Below, in pieces: positions 1-14,090 of a DNA stretch of 64,000 nucleotides. Origin of the DNA: Tubiluchus corallicola (Eukaryota > Animalia > Priapulida); NCBI GenBank assembly GCA_030141605.1, contig JAQGDQ010002384.1, positions 186,001 to 250,000 on the forward strand. Direction: 5' to 3'. Both the position numbers and the translations under genes were made by a program. The notes under the pieces were generated by a model that was not told where the DNA came from, made no database searches, and worked only from the letters and a program-made list of their open reading frames with translations. How positions within the stretch are numbered: the stretch's first letter is position 1; the number at the start of each line of letters is the position of its first letter.

Positions 1-40
1 TGTTAATTGTTGATCCAAAAAGGCGACTTTTTAAATAAAG

Positions 41-170
<130 letters not shown>

Positions 171-1256
171 TATATTACTATAATTTCATGCGTTGCAGGT
201 AGAAATTACATTAAAAACATTTTGAACGATCGCTTTTTATTTGTTTCTTCAAAATCTCGACTTTCATACTAAGTCTTCACAGGTGACAAACAAATTAGCT
301 CAATGCAAGAGACGTTGTTTTTCTTATATTAGTTTCTAGCAAATGTCTTAGCACAGAAAGTTCTTCGCTGGTACATGCATTTCGCCATTTGCTAGTTAGA
401 TGGACGGAAGCCAATAGCGTCTGCATCTGTGAACACGTTGCAGAAAAAATACAGGCGCCGTATCTCCCGTTTTTAAATTTATAATTTCCCGAGTTTTTTG
501 TGTATTACACCGAATGTTGCACTGTACTTCAAGTTTCGCTTTTGCAAACATGTGCAACACGCTCATGGAATGTTTGTGCTGTTGAAAATTATGTTCAATC
601 ATGAAATCATCACTAGCTGGGCTTGCCAGTCGTTAATTAACTTTTTAACCTATTATTTAATTGCCAGAAATACTTTTGCGTAATTATAGGTGCTAAAGCA
701 TATATTTACTGCACTTCAAAAAGTGAGGTAGACTGCGAAAAATAATCCTGTTTTCCTTGACAGAGCGCATTTATTAATTGATTGCAACTTGCAAGCTTTA
801 CTTAGCCCTGTCCTGAAAGCTTCAAATAAACATTTCTTCTCTCATTCAAGCTGATTTCTGTCAATAGCACTACGAATTACATCCTACTGGATTCAATTTA
901 GCAAAGTTTAATGCCATCTGTTTCTACTTCGCACTGTAATTATGCTGTAAACAGGATTTACTATTGGATTTTACAGTGGACTGTAATGCCTCCTCTAACC
1001 ATTCCAAACCGAGCATGTTGATTCACGTGCACATGTACCCCTCCTTCACAAATCCTACTATACATAAAAATTCGTTGGATTTGTGTTTTCGTTTGGTAAG
1101 ATTAGAAAAGTTAAAGGGAAAAATTTGAAACCGTTTTTAGCAAAATTTCTTCATTGTACTGATAAAAATATTCTAGTGGCTTCTTACTAAAACATAAGAC
1201 CTGGAGCAAGAGATTTATTACAAACAGGAAAAAAATAGCCACTCAAATGCCATTTA

Positions 1257-1356
1257 TAGGTAGGTAGGTAGGCAGGCAGGCAGGCAGGTAGGTAGGTAGC
1301 TAGGTGGGAGATAGGCAGGCAGGCAGGCAGGTAGGTAGGCAGGTAGGTAGGTAGGC
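1257..1356. repeat. (AGGT/AGGC)n microsatellite
   Basis: Compound tetranucleotide run. Confidence 0.95.
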
Positions 1357-1408
1357 ATATTCTGCGTAAAAAGACTTTTTTACATGAAGTTTTTGCTTCA
1401 CCTTTTGT

Positions 1409-1570
1409 TGATCATTTATTGCTGCTTCACCGACCACTTTATTTCTGCTTCCTCGGGCATTTTACTACTCCCTCATGGGCCACTTTTTTACTGCTTCATG
1501 GACCATTTTATTGCTGCCTCATGGACCACTTTATTGCTGCATCAAGGACCACTTTGTTTCTGCGTCATAG
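1409..1570. repeat. 23-bp minisatellite, ~7 diverged copies
   Basis: Consensus gaccactttattgctgcttcatg, e.g. at 1501, 1524 and 1547. Confidence 0.8.
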
Positions 1571-4490
1571 TGTCTTTGCCTAACCACGTGTCGGCTGAAA
1601 TTCGTTTGTTCTTGTCCTGACTGACCGCTCAATGTTTACTTTACTCCCACAGTAACTTTTAGTACCCAAATCAAATGTCAAATTCACGAACTGGAACAAT
1701 TATCTCGATGGGCTTCTTAAAAAAACAATTTCTATAACAGCTAGGACAGGGATCAATTGAGAAGTTAATGTGTGCTTAGCGACCGAAATTAAATAACGCC
1801 GAGCCAGGGCAGGAAATGGAGGAGCGACCGCCAAAACTTTTTCTTTTACGTTTTATCTGCCATGCTACTCGTTGAGTGACAATATATATCTAGCCGAAGT
1901 TCCGAATTTGTGTAAGACACTACCATCTGAAAGTCCAGCGAGGATTGTCCGCACTAAAGAGATGTCCCCAACAATCGACATAATAGGTGAGTTCTGCAGT
2001 TGATCGCTGGATTCATTCATGCTGGATATCACCTAGCAGTAACTGAACTTCATAAAAAGAGGGTTAATTAATACTAACGGAAGTAAACTGAAAAATCATA
2101 CAAAAGCGGCCATATCAATTACCCCATTACTGAAACACATTTCAGCAAAGCGCTACTTTATTGGCATTGTGATCGGTTTCAGTGAAAGTGTTTCGGCATC
2201 AAACACAGTGCAATGCGTTGACCTTGTTTACTCGGACAAATGTAATCAGTAAATGGAGTGTAAATTATTCTGCAGTATGTGGCGTTATATAGTCAACCGC
2301 CATAAAGTTAATGCACTGCATATAAAGAAGCCAAGCAAACTGTATTGGAATGATACTGATACATAGTAAAAGCATGTTGTTCTAATCGTATGCAAACAGG
2401 GCATTACGATTTTCGTGACACCGTTTACTTCGAAACGAAACGCGACTACGAAACGATTTCCGAACGTCTTTTCGTTCCCATCTCTTCAGTGAATCTAAGG
2501 AAACATTCTAAGAGATAAAACGATATAAAATTAATGGCTGCTTATGCAGAATACATTGCCTTACCCATTTTTTCTAGATAATGAATGACAACTGGTGCTT
2601 GACACTTCAGCAATTCAACAATTCATTAATTTTATGTCGGTTGTTCCTTTCAATTTATTCCTGGATTCACTGAAAAAAGGGAACGAAAACGGGATCTTCT
2701 GAAATGCAATAAGCTGTACAAAGAAAGTTATGATGCTCTGGTTGTATTGGATGAAAATATTGTTCAAATCGGGCAAACAAAGAAACAATTTATGTGTTAC
2801 CTACAGTTTGTTGTAGATAACTCTTGTACTATTGTATTTTACATAGCACGAGGCCTCGTGACATGCGTAGCAGATATCTAACTACTTTGTCCATCCCCGT
2901 AGATCAGTGTTTTTTGCCCCATACATCTTTTTCACCATATGTTCTGTTATCATTCCTACTAGGTCTTTCCAAAATGGTCTAATTTCTTAGCGTATTACCC
3001 CCTGGAAACATTTTAATAATATGTCAGGATGTTGCACCTTTTACACCTTTTTAAGCTTACCTGATTCTGCACGTTGCAGATTTACTTGATTGGTTTTTAT
3101 AACAGATTTTTACAAATACAGCAGTAATAGAAAAACTGAAATGAAGTCGTGTAAATTAACGCTTGAAATTCAACAGTACGCTGTCCTGTAGCACAATTTG
3201 TAAAATTCTAGTTTGCTGATCAATATTCAAAACTCCCACCTGTTGAGAACCACTCCTGCAGATACAGAGTTGTGGATCATGCACATGCGCATGCGCCTGC
3301 AATAAGTCAATGGTACCCTCCTGAATTGTTCAAATAAACCAGAAGTCGGTGGATATAGAGGCCAAAGAGAAGGGCATAACAGCCTCGTTGGCTATTCCGA
3401 ATTATAAGTCTTCACGCGTGGTGCTTTCAACTTGCAAACTTCTCCGTTTGGTCCGTTAAATACCCCCCCCCTTTATATCTTAATACATTTCTTGTAATAG
3501 CGAGGTTATTAGCCCGTAGTAGGCCCAGTTGGGAACTGCAAGACTAATCAACTCTTTGGATAAGAAATTGCCAGTATTTACCCTTCAATAGTAACTCCTA
3601 CCATCTACCATTAATCAATTTCTCATTGATTAAAATGTTTCCCACATAAGAAAGTAAGCGCCATGAGACTAATCAAAATGACCTGAACTGAAAGTACACT
3701 TTCACGTTCACCCGGCACTAGACTATCTAGATACCAGACCACCATTGACCACTGAACAGCCTCCAGGTTCATCAACGTCTACTAAAAGTTGGATATTAAT
3801 GATGAAGCCAAATAGCCTTGCATTTCGATGTAAAAAAGTCAAATGTAAATTTTGCTGCACGTTGTGATATTTCAGGAAAGTTCGCTTAAGCTTTAATTAA
3901 GGTAATGTTTAAGTAAATCTGAGCATTTCTTCAAACTGCAATTAAGATTGCGCCAACATGACATTCAGTTAACCGCCTTAACTGGTAAAATCCTAACTAA
4001 AGCAAGAGATTACTATAATTAAGATTTCCAATTGGAAAATGGTTTATAAAAGGAAATAAGACTTAATTTACCGTCAGACAAATTCTATGCAGGAAAATCT
4101 TCAGTGACTTACTAGACTAGAAGAAAATGTGCTTCTGTAAAGTTCTATGGGAGACATTTATGACATCTATTTCAGGGTTGTTAGATCTAAAAATCCATTT
4201 CTATTAGCTTCCTTTAAAAATGCCAGTCTTTTTGGGTCTAGTGGAACTTTTTCAGATTCCGCAAAATCGAATTGATAAAAATAATGTTTTTATAATAATT
4301 ATTAAGGCAAATCAGTTAATGTTTGTGTGGCGGTTATTGCGTGAAGTGAAAGTAACAGAAATGGATCCTCCCAGTCATAGTCCTAACTACTCTGGAATGG
4401 ATGTTATAATCGTTTCTCGATGTTAATTTTCTGTGAATTTCATTTAGCTTATATGTTTGTGCAAAAAACTTAATGGCCATTTTGTTTTTT

Positions 4491-4545
4491 CTTTGCAACC
4501 GAAAGGCCTGTGGTTCGAATCCAGACTGCATCCGACTTTTTCACA
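4491..4545 (+). mobile_element. tRNA-like 3' half (B box GGTTCGAATCC), probably a SINE head remnant
   Basis: ctttgcaaccgaaaggcctgtggttcgaatcc; no matching 5' half or acceptor stem. Confidence 0.4.
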
Positions 4546-4845
4546 TTTGCTGTCGGATAGATTGGTTTGAAAAATTCAATAATTATTTGTTTATTCATCA
4601 ATAATCTGTTAGCATTAAGCGACCTCGGAATTCTGCTCCTATCGAACCTAAGTAGATATGGACGTAAAGATAAACGTGTGGGCGGAACATAATTTCGACA
4701 GGCAGACAGACAAGCGGGCAGGCAAACAGATAAATAAATAGATAGCCTAACAGACGAAGTAGTTAAAACGAATTAGTTACATGTAATTAAGTAATTAGTA
4801 ACGAGGTCTATATGATCATTGCAACCTGCATCTTTATGATTTATA

Positions 4846-5254
4846 TTTAGTAATCGAATGTGGAAACTTTTCCAAGTCTATAATTCTGAATGCTGCAAGA
4901 AGAAATTATTGAAGTCTCGTAATCTAATCTATCTCTACACTTTAACAAGTTTAAAAATTACGACGAAAGAGTTAAGATCGGTTTAGTAATCGAATGTGGA
5001 AATTTTTCCAAGTCTATAATTCTGAATGCTGTAAGAAGAAATTATTGAAGTCTCGTAACCTAATCTATCTCTACACTTTAACAAGTTTAAAAATTACGAC
5101 GAAAGAGTTAAGATCGGTTTAGTAATCGAATGTGGAAACTTTTCCAAGTCTATAATTCTGAATGCTGTAAGAAGAAATTATTGAAGTCTCGTAACCTAAT
5201 CTATCTCTACACTTTAACAAGTTTAAAAATTACTACGAAAGAGTTAAGATCGGT
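4846..5254. repeat. 136-bp unit tandem repeat x3
   Basis: tttagtaatcgaatgtggaaa starts at 4846, 4982 and 5118; units nearly identical. Confidence 0.95.
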
Positions 5255-6989
5255 ACCAATGCGCAAGCTAATAATTCGTAAGCAAACTGTTAATGCGTCG
5301 ACTTCATGAATTCTTAACTTATTTCATGTTTTCCCTATAATCATCGTCATTTACGTCCAGCTTATATACAAATTTAATGTACATTTATTCTCTTGGGAAA
5401 TTTGGGTTACTTGCACCTATAATACCCGATAACATTTGGGTTCTTCACAGCTATCATTACAGAGTCTTCGTAAATACTGTATGAAAAATTAACGAAGATT
5501 ACGCTGTCTCTATTTCGTGTAATTATTTCGTTAAACACCTCTAAGGCTATAACGCCGCATAAGAATATTAAGTGACATCTTCAGTCATTTCTAAATTACC
5601 AAAACTTTAGCAGTAAATTAGAATAGAGTCGGAATTTGTTTAAAATTAACATAAATTGCATTTACTTGAATTTAATTACGTTATATTTCATTCCGTTCGT
5701 TACGTTACGTTCCGTGTTGTCATATCACGTACACACGCTACATTATGTAGCATTACCGGTACAGCAAAGCATTTTTTTAGAATTTTGACGGCAAACTTGC
5801 CTACTGCTGACTGTGCACGTTTGTGTGTAACTGCACAGATCTAAATCTCATCAGAGCTTTGAGCTAACTGCATGTGCAAGAACAACATGATGCAGCAACA
5901 TAACATTAAATTCTGTTCTATTCGTCACTTTCGTTGTGTACAATATGATACAATCTCTATTAATAATAACTGTGCGATAATTACTTTTTCGCGTGATAAA
6001 TGAATTTTTTGTTGGACGTGCTGAATCTCTCGTCTAAGAATTCCTCTTTATTTTGTTTCGTTGTTTCCATGGTGTGTCCACACTATTCAGGGTACAGGGC
6101 GTAATCTCTTCTGCGAGATATGATCGTCTCCAAAGCGCATCCGTCTTCTAAGCGTTCTGATGGATAACATTTTTTACTTTCTTTTACTCTTTCTCGTGTA
6201 GTTTTGTTTCCATTCCTCTTCTTTTTGTTGAGTCCATAGCCACAATGTACATTTGTTCAAATAACCCATTAGCACTTTTGCATCATTTGACTAAATAATT
6301 TCTTGTAGTGGCATAGTTCACTTTGTCGTAACATATTCAAGCATATTCTCAGTAGTATCATCTTCATTTTTATACACTGGACTCTCGTCTTCTTTGAACT
6401 GACTGTTCTAATACTTCTTGAGTAGCAACATATTTAATTTAATTTTTATCAACACCCCTTCTAGTGCTATTCCTAGACAGCTTATGATAGCTGATTACGT
6501 AATTAACAGCAGAGCTGTGGCAATACGATATTAATAACAGTAACTCCATACAATTTTTTATTTTGCCAAGTTTATAAGGTACAAATTTTAAATACCTTGA
6601 CTTTGTTTTAACCCCTCCTGTCCTAACCAGATCTTTCACCTATAGTGTCGTATTAGTCATCGCCTCTATATTGTGTAATAGGCTTGTAAATAGCGCCAAT
6701 AAAAGCAATATTCCGAAGAACATCAGTCCCTAATTATTGTATTGCGTTACTAATATTACATACGTTATTGTCAACTGCTGTGCAGTTAATTATGCAGTAA
6801 ACCATAGTGGCATGGTTATATACAGTCTATAGATACAATATAAGTGCACAGTATATGTTTTTACAACGACCTCTATGGCGATAACCACAAAAGCGGTAAC
6901 AGTATCAACAAGAATACTGAAGGTGACAAATATAGCGACAACGGAAACTACAAGGACAAGAGCAACAAAACCAATAACATAAACCGTTG

Positions 6990-7173
6990 CACAACAACAA
7001 CAACAACAACGACGACAACAACAACAACAACAGCAAAAGCAATAGCGGCAACAGCAACGGCAACAACAGCAGCAGCAGTAGCAACAACGATGACGACGAC
7101 AACAACAACAACATGGTTGCACTAGGAGCACCAAAGACAATGATTGTGATGACAGCAATAGCAACAACAGCTA

Positions 7174-7205
<32 letters not shown>

Positions 7206-7215
7206 ACAACAAAAC
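6990..7215. repeat. (CAA/CAG/CGA)n compound microsatellite
   Basis: Trinucleotide runs that generate spurious poly-T/N/L/C ORFs. Confidence 0.92.
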
Positions 7216-7968
7216 GGCTGCAGCAGGAGTAGAAGAAAAAAGAAAAAGAAAAATTAATACCGCCATGGATTGTTGACGCTTTAAAAATAGGCAGCTTTAC
7301 CATCACCAACATGAAGACAGCGAGGATGTTTATAATAGATCCTGGTGTTTATTTGACTCCACCTAATTTGTCTGAAGTTAATGGCTCTAATGCAATTGAC
7401 ACCAAGCGTAAATGAGGGGAGTGCACTGAAAGTGTGTGTGCTCGTTTAGAAATGGCTTGCATTGTGGTTTGAATGAAAAACAAAAGCAAGAAATGAAGCA
7501 AATAAAACGCTTTTTGCAAACAAGGAAAATGCGTTACAAGGTTTTCTGAGAAACATGTATTGTGTTTTAAAACATAGTACATAGATAAATAGTTAAACCA
7601 CAGCCCAAGTTTGGAACACTTGCTTAAACATGCATAATGCGCGTTTGGCAAACTTTGTGAACAAATGCAGCTTGTAACTCTAGTGACGCATCTGCTAAAA
7701 TTATTACTGAACTAGAAAAAGAGCGAGACCACTTTTAATGATTGCCTAATGCAGTCATCTCATTAGGTGCCAAAGGTTTCGTTTAGTACTGACCGTCTCT
7801 CGGCTTGTGTGATAGCTTGTGTTATACTACAACGAACTCTTCTTCAAATAAACAAAACCTAACTAAGCCCTGGAGTCACCCAATGGTGTCCAGTTTTAGT
7901 GGAAGTATTGGATAACGGCGCCAAAGCCATTTGCTGGAATCTTTGAACTTGTAGTAAACTTAGCCGTA

Positions 7969-8173
7969 ACAAATGATACTGAAGCTTGGCACATATATAC
8001 TTCGGACTACGTAAAAAATGTTGCATGTTGCCAAAAAACTGTTGTAATTGACGGTACAGATAGCCCTGAGTACAGATAGTACAAATGATACTGAAGCTTG
8101 GCACATTTGTACATCGGACTACGTAAAAAATGTAGCATGTTGCCAAAAAACTGTTGTAATTGACGGTACAGAT
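7969..8173. repeat. Direct duplication of a ~93-bp block (period 112)
   Basis: acaaatgatactgaagcttggcacat...gtaattgacggtacagat at 7969 and 8081. Confidence 0.9.
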
Positions 8174-9405
8174 TGTTCAATACAAAAACAGAATTATAAC
8201 TTTCACTGATTAGTTAAAATGATCAGAGGTTTCATGTGACCAGCCATATCGAAAATATAGTTCCCAACAAAATAAAATTTACTGTGTTGATGTAAATAGT
8301 CCACAAAGTTGCTCTTCGTGAATTCAAAATACTTTGATAGTAAACCGACGCCTCTGAAGCTCCTTCCCAGGGGATTTCCTTTTATAATGAGGTTCTGTTT
8401 CCATATTAAGACCGCCTCTACCTGCCATTACGGGAAGGACAGTGCGATGAAATATGTTAGGTGGCGCAAAAAACGTGCCGATACTTTGATCACGGAATCG
8501 CTTGAAAGTTACCACACAGATGGTACAGACGTTTGTGTGATAATATCAGAAATTTTTGGTCATTCATATAATTATAATTTTTCCAAAGATACAAAAGTCT
8601 GAAAACAGGAAGTCAAAAAAGTAAATACCGGAAAAAATTGTGTTACTGTTGTTAAACTTACCGACAATGCTCTACGTGTCCACCATTTAGCTGCAAACTA
8701 AACGAAGGCGTTCCTTCCGACAGCTGACACAATTTCTACCTTCTTTAATTAAGGGGTACTTGATCCCACCTGCTCAACAATTTTTGCTCTTAGTTTCTCT
8801 GAATCAAACGGCTCTGTATGACCGTCGCATACGCTGGAAATTCAAGATACTTTAGTTTAGTTCAGGATTAAGTTTAATTTTTTTATTTGACAGCAAATCC
8901 TTATCAATATTTTACTATAGCCCAGGATGTAAAATGAGCTAACATTGTTCTGGCATTTAAATATTTGACGTACAAAAGATTTTCGGCCATGGCTTAAAAC
9001 TATACACTTGCAACTCTCACAACCAAAAGTCAATGCATTGTAGTACCAAGCTGTTAAACTTCATCTTTGTAGAGAACCTGCTTCTACTGTACTGTAGTTT
9101 AAATTTTGGTATTTTTCTGCGCCAGCAGATGAAAAAGACATTTGAAATTGTTCACTTGGCTGAAATTAAGGTTTTGGAAATTGAAGAGCTACTGTTGAAG
9201 AGAAGGATCAAGCCAAAGAACTGGATAAGGATGTTGCTGAATATGACAATTAAAAGAATCAAATTTATCTATTGCTGCCTTCATTGATAACAACTGGGTT
9301 ACCATCTGAGAATTTGCTGTTTGCAACAAACTGTAAACATTAATTACAAAGGGAAATGACAGGTCGGCAACTAGAAGTTTTTTACACATGGAGTTCATAC
9401 ATGGT

Positions 9406-9690
<285 letters not shown>

Positions 9691-11365
9691 TAAGTGTTTA
9701 CTGAATATTTGCTGTGCAATTTAGTGAATAATTTATAGCATAACGAGTAGTATACCAGCAATTACAACGTCACTTAGCTTGGTTGGATCATTAATCTCCA
9801 ATCTGCAACAACTATTATATGCGAGATTATGCCAAGTAAACAGCAATCATAGGGCTATAAATGAAGACTGTGTGAACATAATGGTAAAACCAACGCACTC
9901 ATCCAGAACATTTAGCTGAATTGCTTGACCAAAAGTTCCTTTGGTTTAAATTGAAGTACTAAAATACCGATAAGAAACGGCAAAAGGAAAAAATCCATAG
10001 TAATTATTTAGGTAAGTTGACTGCTGCTGCATGTGCAAACGATAACGACAACAATAACAACAAGAGCAGCAATAACAACAACAGCAGCAACAACAACATC
10101 AACAACCTTGAAGTCAACATTTAACACTATACGTAGATAACAATGATCATTCATCTTTACATTTGAATCTGACTTTCACTCAAATTACAGACTTGCAGTA
10201 TAATTATTTTCCCATTGTGCTTCTGTGAGAATGACCTTTATTATGATTTTTAGTTCTACTACTGACAATTCTTTTAATCACTGCCATGCCTCAGGTGTCA
10301 TGATTAAACGATGACTCGCTCGCTTTACCATACAATCAGGTCTGTCACAGAAACGTGATCTTTTACACAAGTGTGGTAATTTAAAATAATCAGTGCGTTC
10401 AGATGAAAGTATTAAACTTCAGGTGTAGGGTTGATGAAAGGAGAGTGAAACAAAGCGTTATAATATTGTGAACATCGTGTAGTAAATCGTACTGAATGCA
10501 GCTGATATTCTAGCTGCCGTTGGTGTTAAAAATTTAAACAGCATAATTAAAAATGGTGGCTGAATAAGGTCATGGGGCGTTAGTGGCAATGATGGTGTTG
10601 TTGGCGTTGATGTTTGTGTTAGTTGCGGTGCCACATGGCAGTGCATATTGATTATGAGAGTGATGATGATGACGACGACGACGACAATGATGATAACTTT
10701 AGGATGTTTCGGAACTTGCAGTGTGACTACAACCGACGAGTATTGACAACTGACTGCTTTATCGACGTTTGGTTAAGCGACGTATCGACTCTTCAGTTAG
10801 TTTTTTAAATTTTGCAAAATACGGTCGCGTCTCTGAATTCAAATGAGATCTGCATCAGAAGTGTCTGAGCTTCACAAAAATGATAATTTTATTTCTATGA
10901 TTGTCTACAGCACACCCACACACAGAGGAGCAAAAACTTTAATGGTTCCCAGTTTATTTCACTTACACGTGCCTAGAAGTATATACAGCTCAGTTGCTCA
11001 TTGTCCCAATGGTTGACTATATTTTTAGCAGGAAACTGCAAACTGCAACAACAACAATAGCAACGGTAGTAACAACAAAAATAACAACAACAACGATAAA
11101 ACAACAATAACGACAACAGCCGCAGCCCTTGCTATGAAACTAGCGTTTTTTTATAATTTGACAATAGTGCAAGTGTCAACGGGCAGAATCTATTTAATTT
11201 AGATGGTTGTGGCAAAAAGAGAGCCTGATTTATCACCAAGGTTACGCATCTAAGTTGAGGCACTAAATTGGCAGAGATATTTTAGACATGTTCAAATGTG
11301 AATGCGAATTTTCTTCAATCTTTTTACTTTACTGTTTTAAACATTTCAATAATTATTCTTGTCGT

Positions 11366-12122
11366 TAGGACCGGCTTTACCACCAGGCAAACTAGACGGG
11401 TTGCCTAGGGCACCATTTTCTTAGAGGGGAGGGGCTCAAAATTCTGGAAGTGATTCCTTATTTTTAAGTTTAGTATAAGCAATAACATAGTGATTGACAC
11501 GTTACCAAGTTCTTGTCCACAGTTTATATTGTAGGCATAGGGCAGCAGCCAAAGTAACGACTCCTTTCCTTAACAGAAAAGTTCCTTGCATTAGCATTTA
11601 TCTAATCGTGGCAGATAGACTTGTAAGAGTCGAAGCTTTCAGTAGCATAATACACGAAACAAAAAGTAAAAGAAGCTGGTGGACAGTGAACAGCAACAAA
11701 ATCTTAAAAGAGAGTATTTACAACCAGACCAGAGTTATATGGTTGTGAAGATGATGATGCTAATGGAATGGACGTATGTGAAAAAGAGGAGTCAGAAGAC
11801 TCAGTCACTGTTCTCTGATGATAAGGCTGAAGGAAAATCTAGCCATGAATATGAACATGAAGGCTGCGCGGCTGAAATTGTAGAAATATTGATTGCTCGT
11901 GAAGACCCAGGACGTACAATGATGTCAATTTCAAATGTAGTTGTAGAGTGGTAGTTAACTTCAGTTAATCAGTACACAATAATGTATAGGCCCAACACAC
12001 AAGTACCATTAATACTTTAATATATACAACAAAAACACAATTTTGTAGTGGTTGTATGACGTATGTGTGGGGGATTAAAAATACTTTTGGCTAGGGCGTC
12101 AAATGACCTAGAACCCGCCCAA
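11366..12122. mobile_element. Degenerate hAT-type non-autonomous element
   Basis: Near-TSD cttgtcgt / cttgtcat; decayed TIRs taggaccggcttta / tagaacccgcccaa; subterminal ctagggc motifs at both ends. Confidence 0.55.
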
Positions 12123-12161
12123 CTTGTCATTAAAGCTGACACAAAATTAGCACTTTCAAGT

Positions 12162-12412
12162 GTGATGTATAGCCGAGTGGTCACGGACGGAATGAGCTGT
12201 TAGTGACCAAAATTAAGAATGGTCAGTCGAAGCTGGTCAGTTAAGGATGGGTGATCACCTGGTTCAATACTTGCTCGGGATAGTTTTGCGATATTGGTTG
12301 TTTTCCTCTTGTGGCTAAAATATCTCTGCAAATTTTTTTAGTGTGTCAACTTAGATGCGTAGCCTTGATGATGAATCAGGCTCTGATCTTGCCACAACCA
12401 TCTAAATTAAAT
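12162..12412 (+). mobile_element. Degenerate SINE with tRNA A-box head followed by a 5S-like segment
   Basis: tagccgagtggtca, then gaccaaaattaag...ggatgggtgatcacctgg resembling the 5S internal control region. Confidence 0.45.
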
Positions 12413-12475
12413 ATATTCCACCTTTTGACACTTGCACTATTGTCAAATCATAAAAAACGCTAGTTTTATAGCAGG

Positions 12476-12481
12476 GGCTGC

Positions 12482-12512
<31 letters not shown>

Positions 12513-12736
12513 TCTGCTGCTACCGTTTTCGCTGTTGTTGCTGCTATTGTTGTCTTATTTTATCGTTGTTGTTGTTATTGTTTTTGTTGTTATATCGTTG
12601 CTGCTGTTGTTTCTGTCGCTATCGTTGTCGTTGTCGTCGTCGTTCTTGTTGTTGTCATTGTCGTTACCATTGTCGCTGTCGCTGTTGTTGTTCCTGTTAT
12701 TTTTTGCAATTACTGCTGTTGTTGTTGCCGTTGCTG
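12476..12736. repeat. (GCT/GTT/GTC)n compound microsatellite
   Basis: Direct reading. Confidence 0.9.
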
Positions 12737-13099
12737 TGATTTTCTGGAATTTGTGAGTAAATAAAAACCCGCCATTGCTTATGTGTAACTCCATTTTATA
12801 CCAAACGTGCTCAGGTGTCACAGTTCTCTCATGTTCTCAATATTCCCATAGCGCACCTGCTAGTGTTTGTGTTGGACCATAAATCAAACTAATTAGCGCG
12901 ATCGCAAATTATTAGCTAGCTACATTGCTTCTATGATGTGCTTAATTAGCTCCTATAGCTCATCTGTTGTATCTACAAATGCAAGATTGCATTATAACTG
13001 ATTATAGATAACAGCGTAGATGGATTTACAATCTGGAACAAAATGTACGTCATAAGCGAAAAGCTACATGGGAGCAAGAAAAGAAGAAAACATCAAGAG

Positions 13100-14090
13100 A
13101 AAAACTGCTTATTTATTTATTTATTCTATTTTAATCACACCCAATAGTAAAATAGAGTCTACAATAAAAACAATATAATATAAAACACGTTGGCAAAGAA
13201 CATACAAATAAAATATTTACAAGAGTGTGGTAAAGACACAAAGATATTAACTGCTTACATGTGTCCGTTGTGTACAAGGAATTTATGCAAGTTAACTTTA
13301 TATAGGCGGTTTTTAAATAACTTAATATTTTATGCAGTTACGTGGGGTACACCATCAACATATGCAGGCAGTGAGTTCCAAATCGGTACAACACGATTTG
13401 AGAAAAATTGACCAAATGATACTTTAGCTCTTCGACGCACGAAAAGCTTGTTTACTGTTAGGATAGTTGCTACAATTAAGTTTAAGTTTATTACACACCA
13501 AATGAGAAGTAAACAATATACATTAAGATACATACATATACATACAAACATATACATCATATAAAAACATGCTATACACATTAAATTACGTACATACACA
13601 AAAAGCAGCATGATAATGAGGGGCGGTGTGGGGGAGACACGAAAAGCAAATGCTTCTTACATGTGCCTGTTAAATACTAAGAAAGCATTTAGATCGACAT
13701 AATTTAGTCGCCGTATAAAAAAAGTTTGCATTGCGAGCTTTTGCTAATGGTGCATCATTTACAATTTCTGGTAAACTACTCCAAATCGAAAAAAATGACC
13801 AAATATTTTTAGCAGATCGCTTGACATACATTTTAAGTGAGTTGGTACTTCTTGTCCGACTAGATGTAGCAAATGAGAAAAATTTATCTCTGTCTATATC
13901 TACGTCTTTATGTATGATTTGATAACACAGTATAAATCTTTATCTAACCGTCTTTCCTCTAATGATCTAAGAGTTAGAAAGTTCAATCGTAACGGATTTG
14001 ACAAATAAGTAATGTTACCTGCCAGTTTGAATAGTTGGATTCACAGCGTCGATCACCGCAACATATTCTTGGGTTGATACGAAACGCGTA
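13100..14090 (-). mobile_element. Two CR1-type LINE 3'-end remnants
   Basis: FFSNRVVPIWNSLP (13330-13460) and LRSLEERRL / YQIIHKDVDIDRDKFF (13700-14000), with an A/T-rich tail near 13110. Confidence 0.7.

Larger units (their letters stand above)
11075..12590. repeat. Inverted repeat, arms ~11075-11285 and ~12315-12590
   Basis: For example tttgacaatagtgcaagtgtcaa vs ttgacacttgcactattgtcaaa, and tttaatttagatggttgtggcaa vs ttgccacaaccatctaaattaaa. Confidence 0.88.

Noticed and set aside
4846-5254. CRISPR-like array
   Set aside because: Whole 136-bp units are repeated with no unique spacers; eukaryotic context with no cas genes.
6000-6440. Coding-like purine-rich stretch on minus (similar stretches at 16150-16550 and 22030-22290)
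   Set aside because: Stops in the frames examined and no recognisable motif; probably old repeat debris.
6790-7312. Overlapping Cys/Thr/Asn/Leu-rich ORFs (likewise 9189-9761, 12432-12821, 14860-16064, 18086-18547, 23922-24221, 46997-47338)
   Set aside because: By-products of microsatellites lacking stop codons.
11494-11954. Protein-coding ORFs
   Set aside because: They lie inside a decayed hAT-like element; at most a transposase 5' remnant.
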